Below are positions 1-12,045 of a stretch of 64,000 bases of DNA, piece by piece. Both the position numbers and the translations under genes were made by a program. Numbering within the stretch: the stretch's first letter is position 1; every line of letters begins with the position of its first letter. This stretch comes from Ginglymostoma cirratum (lineage: Eukaryota), in contig JAHRHZ010000024.1 of the NCBI GenBank assembly GCA_024137785.1, positions 25,395,768-25,459,767 of the forward strand. Direction: 5' to 3'. The notes under the pieces are model-generated. The model was not told where the DNA came from. It was given only the letters and a program-made list of their open reading frames with translations, and ran no database searches.

Positions 1-481
1 TTTTACCAATTCAATTTTTTTTTCTTTCTTTATCACTGAATGAGGGCATCACTGATCATGCCAATATTTATTACCCATCGCTGATTGCCCTTTTTAGGTA
101 CCGAAGTTTTGCTTATAAAAATTTACCTCGTGAGTCAGCGGCCTACTTGATTCGAGCGGTGGGAGTGGTGACAGCGCGAGACATGAAGTGAACTATTTTA
201 TTCGGGCATTGTCTAAACCTGAAACACTACACGTGTAGTGTCTCCCATCCATCCTCATCCTCTAACCAAAAAAAAAATTCGGTGTGGAGAGCCGGTAACG
301 TAAGGTAAGGTAAGGCTTTTGTTTTCCTTTATTCTTTTGGTAATCTAGAGTAGAGGGATTTTTTTTTATTTTTTTGCTTTTTCTTTGGCGGAAAGCTGTT
401 GGAGGGAGGAAAGTATCAACAAATTTAATTAACGCATTGTAATAAATTATATAAATTAATAAAGTGATTAACTAAGTAGAA

Positions 482-1450
482 ATGGCTGGACAGTTGATGT
501 GTTGTAGCTTTATGATGTGGAAGCTGGCTGATCCCATTGCGAACTGCAGTGACCACATCTGCAGCAAGCGTTGGTTGCTTGAGGAACTTCGGCTCAGAGT
601 TGATGAGCTGGAATCGGAGCTTCAAGCACTGCAGCACATCCAGGAGGGGGAGAACTACCTGGACACTTTGTTTCAGGAGGCAGTCACACCTGGTAGATTA
701 AGTACTTCAAATTTGGTCAGTGGCCAGGGACACCAGGGTGTGACTGTAAGCGAGGCCGGTAGAGGGATTCTGCAGTCAGGAACAGAGGAGCCTCAGCTCT
801 TGATCTTGTCCAACCGGTACGAGGTACTTGCTCCCTGTGTGGATGAGGAAAAGGGCTGCAGAGAGGATGAGCCAACTGCCCACTGCACCGTTGTACCGGA
901 GGCCATTCAAGAGGGGGGAGCAAAAAGACAAGTGGTAGTTGTAGGAGATTCTATAATTAGGGGGATAGGGATAGATAGTATCCTTTGTAAGCAGAATCGA
1001 GAGTTCCGCATGGTGTGTTGCCTGCCCGATGCCAGGGTAAGGGATATCTCAGACCGGCTTGAAAGTATATTGGAGCGGGAGGGGGAAGATCCAGTTGTTG
1101 TGGGCCACGCCAAATTAAACAACATTGGCAAGACTAGGAAAGAGCACCTGTTCAGAGACTATCAGGACCTAGGAACCAAATTAAAGAACAGGTCCTCAAG
1201 GGTTATAATCTCCGGACTACTACCTGAGCCACGTGCTAATTGGCATAAGAGACATGAGAATAATGGAAGTAAACACGTGGCTAAAAGAGTGGTGCGGGAA
1301 AGAGGGGTTCCTTTTCTTGGGGCACTGGCATCAGTATTGGAACCGGAGGGATCAGTACTTTTGGGACGGTCTCCGCCTGAATCGAGCTGGGACCAATGTT
1401 CTAGCGAAAAAGGTAAATAGACTGGTCAACAGGACTTTAAACTGGAAAGT
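482..1450 (+). pseudogene. CR1 ORF1p: degenerate zinc finger + leucine zipper + SGNH/GDSL esterase domain, frameshifted near 1250
   Basis: N-terminal Cys cluster (CCSF...HICSK), heptad LEELRLRVDELESELQAL, and esterase block I VVVVGDSIIRG. It continues in the 1233-1508 frame as ...WLKEWC...FWDGLRLNRAG (DGLH-type block). Confidence 0.88.
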
Positions 1451-1657
1451 TGGGGGGGGGAAGGGAAGGATGAAACTTGCCCCAGTGGGAAACAAAGCAG
1501 CAGGTTAACGTCTGTAGTGGTGGATTCAAATAAGTGAAAAAACATGACACAAATGACAGGGAAGGAGAACTCAGGAGATGCTATTAAAGTCTCCAGCGCA
1601 GACACGAATAGAACAGAGTGTTTGGAAAGGCCTAGCAATTGAACCCTGGAAAAATGA

Positions 1658-4386
1658 ATGAAAATGAGAAGAGGGAGGGTTAATACAGGACTAAAGGTGT
1701 TATATCTGAATGCACGCAGTAAAAGCTATAAGGTAAATGAGCTTGTGGCGCAGATCGATACTGGTAGGTATGATGTGGTAGGCATCACGGAGATGTGGCT
1801 GCAAGGGGATCAGGATTGGGTGCTGAATATCCAAGGATTTACATCCTATCGAAAAGGTAGGCAGGTGGGCTGAGGGGGAGGGGTTGCCTTATTAGTGAGA
1901 AATGAAATTAAATCAATAGGAAGAAATGAAGTACGGTCAGATGGTGTAGAATCTCTGTGGGTAGAATTGAGGAACCACAAAGGTTAAAAAAACCATAGTT
2001 GGAGTTGCGTACAGGCCTCCAAACAGTAGTCTGGTGCTGGGGCGCAAGATACACCAGGAGATAGAAAAGATGTGTAAGAAAGGCAAAATCACAGTGATCA
2101 TGGGGGATTTCAATATACAGGCTGACTGGGAAAATCATGTCGGTAGTGGATTGCGAGAAAAGGAGTTTGTGGAATGTCTACAAGATGGCTTTTCGGAGCA
2201 GGTCATGGTAGAGCTCACAAGGGAACAAGCAATACTGGATTTATTGTTGTGCAATGAGGCAGGCTTGATAAGGGAGCTTAAGGTAAAGAAACCCTTAGGA
2301 GGCAGCGATCATAAGATGATAGAATTTAGTCTGAAATTTGAGAGGAAGAAGATAGACTCAGAGGTAAAGGTATTACAGCTGAATAAAGGCAACTACAGAG
2401 GTATGAAGGAGGAGCTGGGCAGCATTGACTGGAAGAGGAGCCTAGCAGGAAAGACAGAGGAACAGCAATAGCAGGAGTTTCTGGGAGTAATTCAGGAGAT
2501 GCAGCTAAAATTCATCTCTAGGAAAAAGAAGCATGGTACAGAGAGAATGAGGCAACCATGACTGATAAAGGAAGTCAGGGATAGCATAAAAGCAAAAGAG
2601 AAAGCATATAATGTGACAAAGGGCAATGGGAAACCAGAGGACTGGGAAGCTTACAAAGACCAAGAGAGGGCAACAAAAAAAGAAATAAAGAGGGAGAAGA
2701 TTAAATATGAGGGTAAGCTAGCCAGTAATATAAATGAAGACTGTAAGAGTTTATTTAGATATATAAAGGGCAAGAGAGAGGCAAAAGTGGACATTGGACC
2801 ATTGGGGAACGACGATGGGGAGATAGTAATGGGGAACAAGGAAATGGCTGAGGAACTGAATAATCACTTTGCGTCAGTCTTCACAGTGGAAGACATGTGT
2901 AATCTCCCAAAAATTCAAGAGAGTCAGGGGGCAGAACTGATTATGGTGGCCATCTCCAAGGAAAAGGTGCTAGTAAAACTGATTGGCCTCAAGGTAGATG
3001 AATAACCTGAACCAGATGGACTACACCCCAGAGCTCCAAAGGAGATAGCTGAAGAGACAGTGGAAGCATTAGTGGTGATCTTTCAGGAATCGCTTGAGTC
3101 AGGGAGGGCCCCAGCAGACTGGAAAATCGCTAATGTGACACCCCTGTTTAAAAAGGGAATAAGTCAAAAGACAGAAAATTACAGGTCAATTAACCTAACC
3201 TTGGTCGTGGGTAAGATTTTGGAGTCCATTATAAAGGATGAGATTTCTGAATATTTGGAACTGTATGGTAAAATAGGGCAAAGTCAGCATGGTTTCATCA
3301 AGGGGAGGTCATGCCTGACAAATCTGCTAGAGTCCTTTGAGGAAATAACGAGCACGGTAGACCAAGGAGAGCCAAGGGATGTTATCGACCTGGACTTCAA
3401 AAAAGCCTTTGACAAGGTGCGGCACAGGAGGCTGCTGTCTAAAATAAGGGTCCATGGTGTTCGAGGCAAGATGCTAGCATGAATAGAAGATCGGCTGTCT
3501 GGCAGAAAGCAGAGAGTGGGGATAAAAGGGCCTTTCTCAGGATGGCAGCCAGTGACAAGTTGTGTTCCGCAAAGGTCAGTATTGGGAACACAACTTTTCA
3601 CTTAATACATTAATGATCTAGATGAAGGAACTGTGGGCATTCTAGCTAAGTTTGCAGACAATACAAAGATAAGTGGAGGGACAGGTAGTATTGAGGAGGT
3701 GGGGAGGCTGCAGAAGGATTTGGACAGATTAGGAGAGTAGGCAAAGAAGTGGCAAATGGAGTACAACGTGGGAAAGTGTGAGCTCATGCACTTTGGTAAG
3801 AAGAATAAAAGCATGGACTATTTTTTTAAATGGGGACAAAATTCAGAAGTCTGAAGTGCAAAAAGACTTGGGAGTTCTATCCAGGATTCTCTCAAGGTAA
3901 ACTTTCAGGTTGAGTCAGTAATTAGGAAGGCAAATGCAACTTTGGCAGGAAGGATATACTGGCCCTGGAGCAGGTTCAGAGGAGGTTCACAAGAATGGTC
4001 CCACGCATGAAAAGCTTAACATATGAGGAACGTTTGAGGATTCTGAGACTATACTCATTGGAGTTTGGAAGGATGATGGAGGATCTAATTGAAACTTCCA
4101 GAATACTGAATGGCCTGGACACAGTGGATGTTGGCAAGTTGCTTCCATTTGTAGGATAGACTAGGACCCGAGGGCACAGCCTTAGCGTAAAGGGGAGACC
4201 TTTTAGAACGGAGATTAGGAGAAACATCTTCAGCCAGAGAGAGGTGAATCTATGGAATTCACTGCCACAGAGGGCAGTGGAGGCTGGGTCATTGAGTACA
4301 TTTAAGACTGATATAGATAAGTTCTTGATTATCAAGGGGATCAAGGGTTACGGGGAGAAAGTGGGAGAAGGGGGTTGAGGAACTTA
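1658..4386 (+). pseudogene. CR1 ORF2p apurinic endonuclease-reverse transcriptase, multiple stops and frameshifts
   Basis: LYLNARS, GITEMWL, MGDFN and GSDH (APE motifs). WKIANVTPLFKKG, QHGF, LDFKKAFDKV, PQRSVLG and FADN (RT motifs). Confidence 0.93.
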
Positions 4387-4491
4387 GCAGCCATGACTGA
4401 ATGGTGGAGCAGAGTTGATGGGCTGAATGGCCTAATTTCTGCTCCTATGTCTTATGGAGGCTGGAAGAACACAGCAAGCCAGGTAGCTTAA

Positions 4492-4864
4492 TAATAGCTT
4501 AGTTATGAAGGAGCCAAATTACTAAAGATGTTTGAACTGCCTGGGGATTAGATGAAAAAGATTCGCCCACTAGGCACAGTATCATGTATATAGTTGGATT
4601 TGTGAACACTTGTTTCTATTTTTGCTAACTGGATTGTGCCTGTGAACATACTGTTAGTGGGTAGACAGACAGGAGGCTGGAAGAACACAGCAAGCCAGGC
4701 AGAGTTTGGAGGAAAGGAGAAGTCAATGTTTTGGTTGACTTTGCAAGAGTTCGCAAATCCAACTATATACATGACACCTTGCCTAGTGGGCTAATCTTCT
4801 TCATCTAATCTCCCGGCAGTTCAAACATCTTCAGTAATTTGGCTCCTTCATAACTAAGCTATTA
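4492..4864. repeat. Inverted repeat, ~121-bp arms (4492-4612 and 4744-4864) around a ~130-bp spacer
   Basis: The arms are reverse complements with about 10 mismatches: taatagcttagttatgaaggagccaaattac... versus ...gtaatttggctccttcataactaagctatta. Confidence 0.9.
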
Positions 4865-6253
4865 CTTCGCACAACACTGACAGTGTAAGATGTGAAGCCT
4901 CTGTGTCAATCAGCTCTTGAGAAGTTTCAGTCACACGTTTTCTTGCATGATGTAGTTAAACACTTATTGTGTAAGTGGTGAATCCTCACTGGGCATACAG
5001 CTCATGAGTAGTCTGCCATACCCAGTTTTGCTTATACCTCTCAAACACTTACAGTGTAAGCTGTGAAGTGTTGTGTCGAACAACTCCCAAGAAGTCTCGG
5101 TTTTATGTGGTTATGATTGTTGTAGTTCTCACCTACATTATAAATGTGAAGGCTGTCCAGACCATTAACCTCCCCAAGTGTAGCAGCCACACTGGCTGCA
5201 TCAATAAACCTCACCACAGCAGGGAAGCAGGATTCAACTGAAAAGGGTCTGAAATGTAAAGGCCGCGCTACTGGAAAGGAGGGTCATCAGACATGTTTCA
5301 CAGAAAGGTGACAAGTAACAGTTGGGAAACTAACTTAAAGGACATAGTTTTTGAGATTATTAGAAGTGTCCTGGGAAATAGAGCCAGAAAAGTGGGATAT
5401 AGAGGAGACAGTCTAAGTAATAGGGGTAAGTTGGTTAAGGAAGTGTGGGAACTGCAAATGCTGGGGAGAGAGAATTAAATACAGCATAGTGTAAGCTAGG
5501 CAAGGGGATCTAGATTGAAGCAGGATCCAGGGGAAGATCTGTACTATTGAGGGAGATAGTACAAGGGTCAATAGTCACAGGGAGACATTGAAGCAGGACA
5601 AGGGGAATGCCAGAGGAAAGGTGAAAGTTATCTACTGACCTGGGAAGAAATGTACTGTTAGAAAAAGAGGATCGAGTGTAAATGACTTGAAAGAAAAATT
5701 TACAAAATCCATCTTTTTCTAAATCGCTTTTCAAAATAAGAGCCTCCAAGAACGTGCAGGAGAATGAGAGGGGCTCTGGCACAGTGCAAAAACAGAGGCA
5801 AGCAAAACAAACTGAGAAATATTTCTGCATGATTGCTCAGTTAAGAACTTGGCACTGAAAGGAAACACTCACTGCAGAACACAGGTTATTAAGATCTTAC
5901 AGATCCAAAAACCAACGTCCCAAACGTGTTCTATCCATTGTTAATCCTGGAAAGGAAGGGCAGTTAAGAAACACCAGCAGTAATTCTGTTGGGACCTATC
6001 CTACATTCAGCCATCCAGTCCAATGTTGTACGGCTATATCATGGGGCTAATGAAAGCCAACAAGAGTCAGAATTGCTAATTGCCACAAAAGAAATGCAAA
6101 GATGAAGGACACAAGTATCTTGCACATAGCAGCACGACAAAATTGAAAATCAGTCCTGGGTTATGGAGGACGTACTTCAGCATATAGAGTTACCCAAGAT
6201 GTGAGCAGCCTGATAAGGAACCAACATGCAGATCGACTTTATCAAGATTTCAA

Positions 6254-7140
6254 ATGGAAAACACATCTTATTCCCAATGTTATTTCCACATTCAGTGCTA
6301 CCATACCAGCAGTGTGTTAGCTTTCCTAACGGTAGATAGAAGGCGGAGAAGGAAGCAAGAGCAATGCCAACAGAACCAGAGGCATATGGCTCAGGGGGTT
6401 ACAGCTATGAATGAGCAAGCAGACCATAAAGAGAGAAGCCAGTTTTCAGCATCACAGAGGTGTCTGTCAAAAGCGAGTGCACAGAAGGTGCCTACAGATG
6501 AGTTTCAGGCAATGCTGGAAACATCTTCACATGACTGCAGATGCTTTCACAGATCTGCAGCCAGAGAGCTTAGAAGGCAGTGTTGAGTCTGTGGCACCAA
6601 AAATCTCAGAACCACTTAATTTTCTTGCCAATAGCTCCTTTCAAACATCAACTAGGGACATGAATGGTTTCTCCAATTGGCAGACTACAAGAGTATTACT
6701 GATTTCGCTGATGTCCTTTGCAGAAAAGCAATAACGTTTGTCCAGTTCACCATGAACTCAGGCAGCCAAAGTGACCGAGCTGTTGCATTTTTAAAAATTG
6801 ATGGGTCCGTGAAGGGACAAGGTGCTCAGAGTTCCATAGCGTTATCCAAACAGATTTCTGCACAGGAAGTTGATTTACTCTCTCAATGTCCAGCTCATTG
6901 TGACGCAAACAATAGTTCCTGAAGGTGAGTGCTTCCTTCCCAAGGAGCAATCATGATGCTTACATTATGCATAACTCCCAGATTCCTTGAATGTTTGCTT
7001 TCCCCCTCTCACCCTCAAAGGATTAGTTTCATGGCTGACTCAAGAATAAAATGGTGTATCTCATGAAGTCATGGTTGATGACCACAGTGGCAAGAAAGCT
7101 GATAATGAGCATATTGAAGAAGCTAGCACAGAAATGAGAC
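6254..7140 (+). pseudogene. PIF/Harbinger (HARBI1-like) DDE transposase relic
   Basis: Across frames: LQMSFRQCWKHLHMT, VAPKISEPLNFLANSSFQ, DVLCRKAITFVQF, AVAFLKIDGSVKGQGA and SASFPRSNHDAYIMHNS. These match Harbinger motifs (AL.FfAsGSFQ; GFP.v.GAID; FPGs.HDs.I..nS). Confidence 0.8.
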
Positions 7141-7599
7141 AAAGTAGACAGGTTCCAGAGAACAGCCAGCAGTTAGATTTGAGGGTGAATGTTTTTGCAT
7201 TAAGATACATGGGCACACAGAACTGTGAACTAAGTATTGCATGTAGGAGTTCTTACCGTCAAGAGCTTGGCTTATAAAATTAAAATAGTAACGACTTTGT
7301 TTGTCATAAACTATAATTTGATTTGTCCCCTTTTCACCTATAACTGCTGATTAATTTTCTGGCTAGTGTTTAAGTATGAATTTATTCAGGATTACATGCA
7401 GGCTGTACTTATATGAATCAAACATTCACTGGAACCTTCAGGGAGTTGTAACAGGGCTAAACTATGTTGACTGAACTCCCCAAAACTGCCATGTGTCTAA
7501 GTTCTCTATGTGCACTGATGCATATAATGTACATATGAGTGTCTAGGGTGATCTACAAAGGAAAACATAACTAGTCAGAAACCTTGACAGATTGCCGCA

Positions 7600-7730
7600 C
7601 AAAGTAATTATGCAATCCAGTGCTGATTGAGTAGAAACTCTCTCCAGTTGTACATTGGCAAAACTCAAGCTATTGTTTTCAGGCCTCATTTGAAACATGG
7701 TTCACTAACTAGAGACTCAGGTCTCTTCCA
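7600..7730 (+). mobile_element. L2-like LINE RT C-terminal fragment
   Basis: SRNSLQLYIGKTQAIVF resembles the L2 motif 'mS.NfLqLN.gKTEaivF'. Confidence 0.55.
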
Positions 7731-7776
7731 GTGTCACATTGCACAGCAGATTAACACTCAGGCACCCAAAATGACT

Positions 7777-8320
7777 TCAAATATCATCAGTCTTTCTTTT
7801 CCTGTTGCTACATCTTGGTGCCACCTTGACAGATACAACTGAGCTTGAGGAACCCTTTTGACTGCTTTGCCACTTTGTCTTGGATGACTTTGGTGAGTGC
7901 ACTTTTGCTGTCTGAGACCTAGAAGTCTCTGCCTTTATGGGGCTCTCGGGTACAGGTACAGATAGAACCTCCTCTGCCTGGCCTGCAGGTGGCATTTGGG
8001 TTCACTAGCAAAGGGGAGGCAGTTCAGCAGGGCACTTCTGTAGAGTCCTGATGTGACAATCCTTGGATGCCTGTTCCAAGTTGGAATCTATGACAACTCC
8101 CTCCCGCCTTGAGAGAATGGGGAAACTGGAGGGAGGTTAAGATTCCTTGCCCCCACCATCCTCACACAGCCATTGAATGAATGCATCAACGACTCAAGCA
8201 ACGGAAAGAATGTCCACCAGTATATTTGTAGACGTTGATTGTTTTGCTAGTCCACGGAGGCAGCCATGAGCCTGCATGGCAGAACCATCACATCAGAATG
8301 AACTTAGGCAGGGTCCTTTC
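7777..8320 (-). pseudogene. Possible C-terminus of a Harbinger accessory (Myb/SANT-type) ORF, convergent with the transposase
   Basis: Ser/Lys/Pro-rich ORF ending in a basic stretch (RCSNRKRK), convergent with the transposase relic. The Myb domain itself is not visible. Confidence 0.35.
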
Positions 8321-8539
8321 TAGCTTTATTATTTTTCCTAACTTATACTTAAATTACGTATATCTGAAATGTAGTGAAACCTTTTCCTTTATTTTCTCTT
8401 TTTTTGTACCAAAGATTTGTACCCAGGTATTCTGTACCTAAGATGGCACCATGCTTTAGTGACATTTTACACGCTTCACTGTGCTCCTGTTCTTTGTAAC
8501 TTCAGTACATGACAATAAACCGAATTCTAATTCTAATCC

Positions 8540-8770
8540 CTGGGATCATTATTGTAAACTTCCTTTGGATCCCCTCAAAGCAAGCACATCCTTTCCTAGA
8601 TACAAGGTCCAAAACTACTCATGATGTTCCATATGGGGCCTGACCATAGCGTCATACATCCTCAGCAGGACATCTCTGCTCTTGTACTAGACCTCTCAGA
8701 ATGAATTCCAACATTGCATTTTCCTTGCTAACTGCCAACTGAACCTGTATGTTAACCTTAAGAAAATCCT
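8540..8770 (-). mobile_element. CR1 ORF2 fragment
   Basis: Reverse complement resembles the post-RT region of the CR1 at ~3890-3990 (aaggttaacatacaggttcagttggcagttagcaagg...). Confidence 0.65.
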
Positions 8771-10146
8771 GACCAACTTGTGCTTAATTATGTGATTAAG
8801 AGGGCAGAATTAGAAGAGTGTAAAAATATTGAAGGATTGAATAACTGGTGGAGATTACAGAGATGAGGAGGGAACTTTGTCACAGATACAGAATGTCATT
8901 TCTGACTTTGTGAAAAGCTGTTTTAGTACTTTGGCAGCAGCAGAAACTTGATTAGGGAATTTTAAGCTGTCAACAAAAGGACAACGTAAACAGTGGAATT
9001 TGGAAGTTGGGTAGTGTTCTGCTGAAATCTCAATAGTTTCATTTACTATGGTCAGATAAGCCAATAACATTAAATAATCATGCTGTACCTTAAGATCAGA
9101 TTATCATCTTAGGTCACATGAATTTCAAATCGATTCCAAATTCAACAACAAGTAAACAGAAATTAATTTACAACAAAAGCAGGACAAAGGCAGGTAGAAC
9201 AAAATTATTTGCTTAGCTCTAATTATGGACTAATAAGATGTGAATGCCCTTAACAGACTCTGTCGGCTCTTTGAAATCCGACCTCCTTATGTTTGAATTT
9301 GTTTAAGTGCATCATTAGTATCTACAAACAAGTTAGAATCGCATTTACGAAGTGTGCCTTTTTAAGAAAGCTGAAATTCCTTTTGTGAAGAAGATATTTT
9401 GTAATTTATTTGCATAGAGGTTAAAGTTTATTAAATAACTTTAAAATGCCTCTGCTATCTGGAAAAACCATCAAAACCAAAATGTGATCCAAACTGAATT
9501 ATTTAACAGCCAGTTGATGAACCAAATTTACCGGTGTATTGTACAAGAGTTAACTTACTATATCCAAGTCCAACCTTTGTATTAATTAGATCAATGCCAA
9601 TTTAATCAAGCTTGTCACTTGGCTGGTTTGCTTTGCAGCCTCCAAAACACTTTTAATCTGGATAGACATAAAAGTCTCTCAGGAAGCTAGCTTCTCTTGG
9701 GAATTTACTCTTTACTATTGATTTTCTGCCTCTACATTATCCTTTGTCTCTAACAGGTTCTCAGACGTATTTCCATCTTCATTAGAAAATATGGAAGTTT
9801 AATTTCAGATAAGAAAATGAAAAGATCTTGACTATTTTGCTTTTAAAATTCTAAGCTTTTAAAATTGCTGTATATCATATAAGTTTTCTTTTCCTTGAAC
9901 ACAAATAGACTGCATGCTTTTGCAAAATAGTTGGACATTAGTCAATTGTCAAACCTTGTTTTCTCAGCGCATAAGGTGATCCTTCAATCCTTCGTGTCTT
10001 TATTAGGAAGTCATGAGTATTCTATAAATTTTGCATTCTGGTCAGTATAGTTCTTGTTTCTAAATTTGTTTATATTGTCAAAACATTCATTCAAAGCTTT
10101 AATGGTTTATGATAAGCAGGCAATATTCTCAAACTTACTTGAGATA

Positions 10147-10380
10147 TAAAAACAGGAATTGCTGGAAAAGCTCAGCAGGTCTGGCAGCATTTGTGAAGAG
10201 AAATCAGAGTCTGCGTTTTGAGTCCAGTGACCCTTCCTCAGAGCAGACCTGAGGAAGAGTCACCTGACCTGAAATGTTAACTCTGATTTCTCTTCACAGA
10301 TGCTGCCAGACCTGCTAAGCTTTTCCAGCAACTCCTGTTTTTGTTTCTGATTTACAGCAACTGCAGTTCTTTTGGTTTTT
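10147..10380. mobile_element. Penelope-like pseudo-LTR inverted pair (palindromic hairpin)
   Basis: ~95-bp arms aaaacaggaattgctggaaaagctcagcaggtctggcagcat... and ...atgctgccagacctgctaagcttttccagcaactcctgtttt. A degenerate hammerhead core CTGAGGA...GAAATGTTA lies near the centre. Confidence 0.75.
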
Positions 10381-10789
10381 ACTTGTGATATAGTTCATTA
10401 CATACATAGTGTTAAGGCAACTATTTAACATTAGAGGTTTTGAGCGTGGCAGAAGATGGAGAATTGAAACCAGGCGACAATATTTGCCATTCAAATACTG
10501 CGCTACTATTGTTTTAAGATATCAAGGTTGGGATAGCCACCTGTGTCAGGTGGTCACATTATAAATGTATGTACATTTGAGTTCTGTCACTCAGAGCCAC
10601 TGAGGCAACGTAGTTGACGTTCTGACCAGCGAAATCAACGGAAGGCCCAAAAGTTAATTACAGAGGTGTTCTTTGCAGGATCTAGGATTTCCCGCCCCAG
10701 TTTCCAAGGAAGGTTTTTGAAATAATTCATCACAGGCCAGTATTCCATCAAAGCCACCCTTTATTAACAAATGAACAGTCCTTGACTTT

Positions 10790-11112
10790 AGAATAGAAGA
10801 TCATAGAATCTCTACAGTGTGGAAACAGGCCCTTTGGCCCAAGAAGTCCACACTGACCTTTGGAGCACCTACCCAGCCCCAGGCCCCTTATAACCCGCCT
10901 AACCTACACACCTCTGAACAATACATGCAATTTAACACGGCCAATCCACCTAGCCTGCACATCTTTGGACTGTGGGAGGAAACTGGAGCAAACCCACTCA
11001 GACACGAGGAGAATGTGCGAACGCCACAGACAGTCACCCGAGGGTGGAATCAAACCTGTGTCTCTGGCGCTGTGAGGCAGTAGTGCTAACGACTGAGTCA
11101 CTGTGCCACCCT
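10790..11112 (-). mobile_element. HE1-like V-SINE (tRNA-derived)
   Basis: Reverse complement starts ggtggcacagtgactcagtcgttagcactactgcctcacagcgccag (tRNA head), has the central V-domain, and ends in a CR1-like tail. Confidence 0.85.
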
Positions 11113-11202
11113 GAACTTACTTCCTGAACTTAGTCCTACATCTGAGCTTTAATACTGCCTGATTCAGAATCAGCTATCAGATTGGCAGTATCTCTGCCAT
11201 TC

Positions 11203-12045
11203 TCAGAGATAGTAGGAACTGCAGATGATGGAGAATCTGAGATAACAAGGTATAGAGCTGCATGAACACAGCAGGCCAAGCAGCATCAGAGGAGCAGGAA
11301 AGCTGACGTTTCGGGCCTAGACCCTGCTTCAGAAATGGGGGAGGGGAAGGGGGTTCTGAAATAAATAGGGATAGAGGGGGAGGCGGACAGAAGATGGATA
11401 AAGGAGAAGACAGGTGGAGAGGAGAGGAGACAGACAGGTCAAAGGGGCTGGGATGGAGACAGTAAAGGTGAGTGGAGGTGGGGAGTTAGGGAGGGGATAG
11501 GTTAGTGCAGGGAGGACCAACAAGTCAAGGGGGCAGAATGAGGCTAGTAGGTAGGAGATGGGGGTGGGTCTTGAGGTGGGAGGAAGGGATAGGTGGGAGG
11601 AAGGACAGGTTAGGGAGGCAGGGACAAGTTGGGCTGGTTTTCAGATGTGGTAGGGGGACAGGGGAGATTTTGAAGCTTGTGAAGTCCACATTAATACCAT
11701 TGGGCTTCAGGTTTCCCCAGCGGAATATGAGGTGCTGTTCCTGCAACCTTTGGGTGGCATCGTTGTGGCACTGTAGGAGGCCCAGGATGGACATGTCATC
11801 TGAGGAATGGGAAGGGGAGTTGAAACAGTTCATGATTGGGAGGTGCAGTTGTTTAGTGTGAACTGAGCGTAGGTGTTCTGCAAAGCGGTCCCCAAGCTTC
11901 CGCTTGGTTTACCCGATGTAGAGGAGGCCACAACAAATACAGTATACCACATTAGCAGATGTGCAGGTGAACATCTGCTTGATGTGGAAAGACTTCTTGG
12001 GGTCTGTGATGGGGGTGAGGGGGGAGGTGTGGGGGCAGGTGTAGA
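11203..12045 (-). mobile_element. Penelope-like element 3' part: GIY-YIG endonuclease remnant + pseudo-LTR
   Basis: KKSFHIKQMFTCTSANVVYCICCGLLYIG, then LGDRFAEHL and FNSPSHS...EQHLIFRWGNLKPNGINVDF, followed by a pLTR with a hammerhead motif. Confidence 0.88.

Larger units (their letters stand above)
95..4455 (+). mobile_element. Near full-length CR1-clade LINE (HER1-like), inactivated
   Basis: 5' UTR, then ORF1 (482) and a fragmented ORF2 (APE endonuclease + RT). The 3' tail 'gggctgaatggcctaatttctgctcctatgtcttat' resembles the CR1/HE1 tails elsewhere in the window. Confidence 0.93.

Noticed and set aside
3284-4344. Minus-strand ORFs over the CR1
   Set aside because: Antisense shadows of CR1 ORF2.
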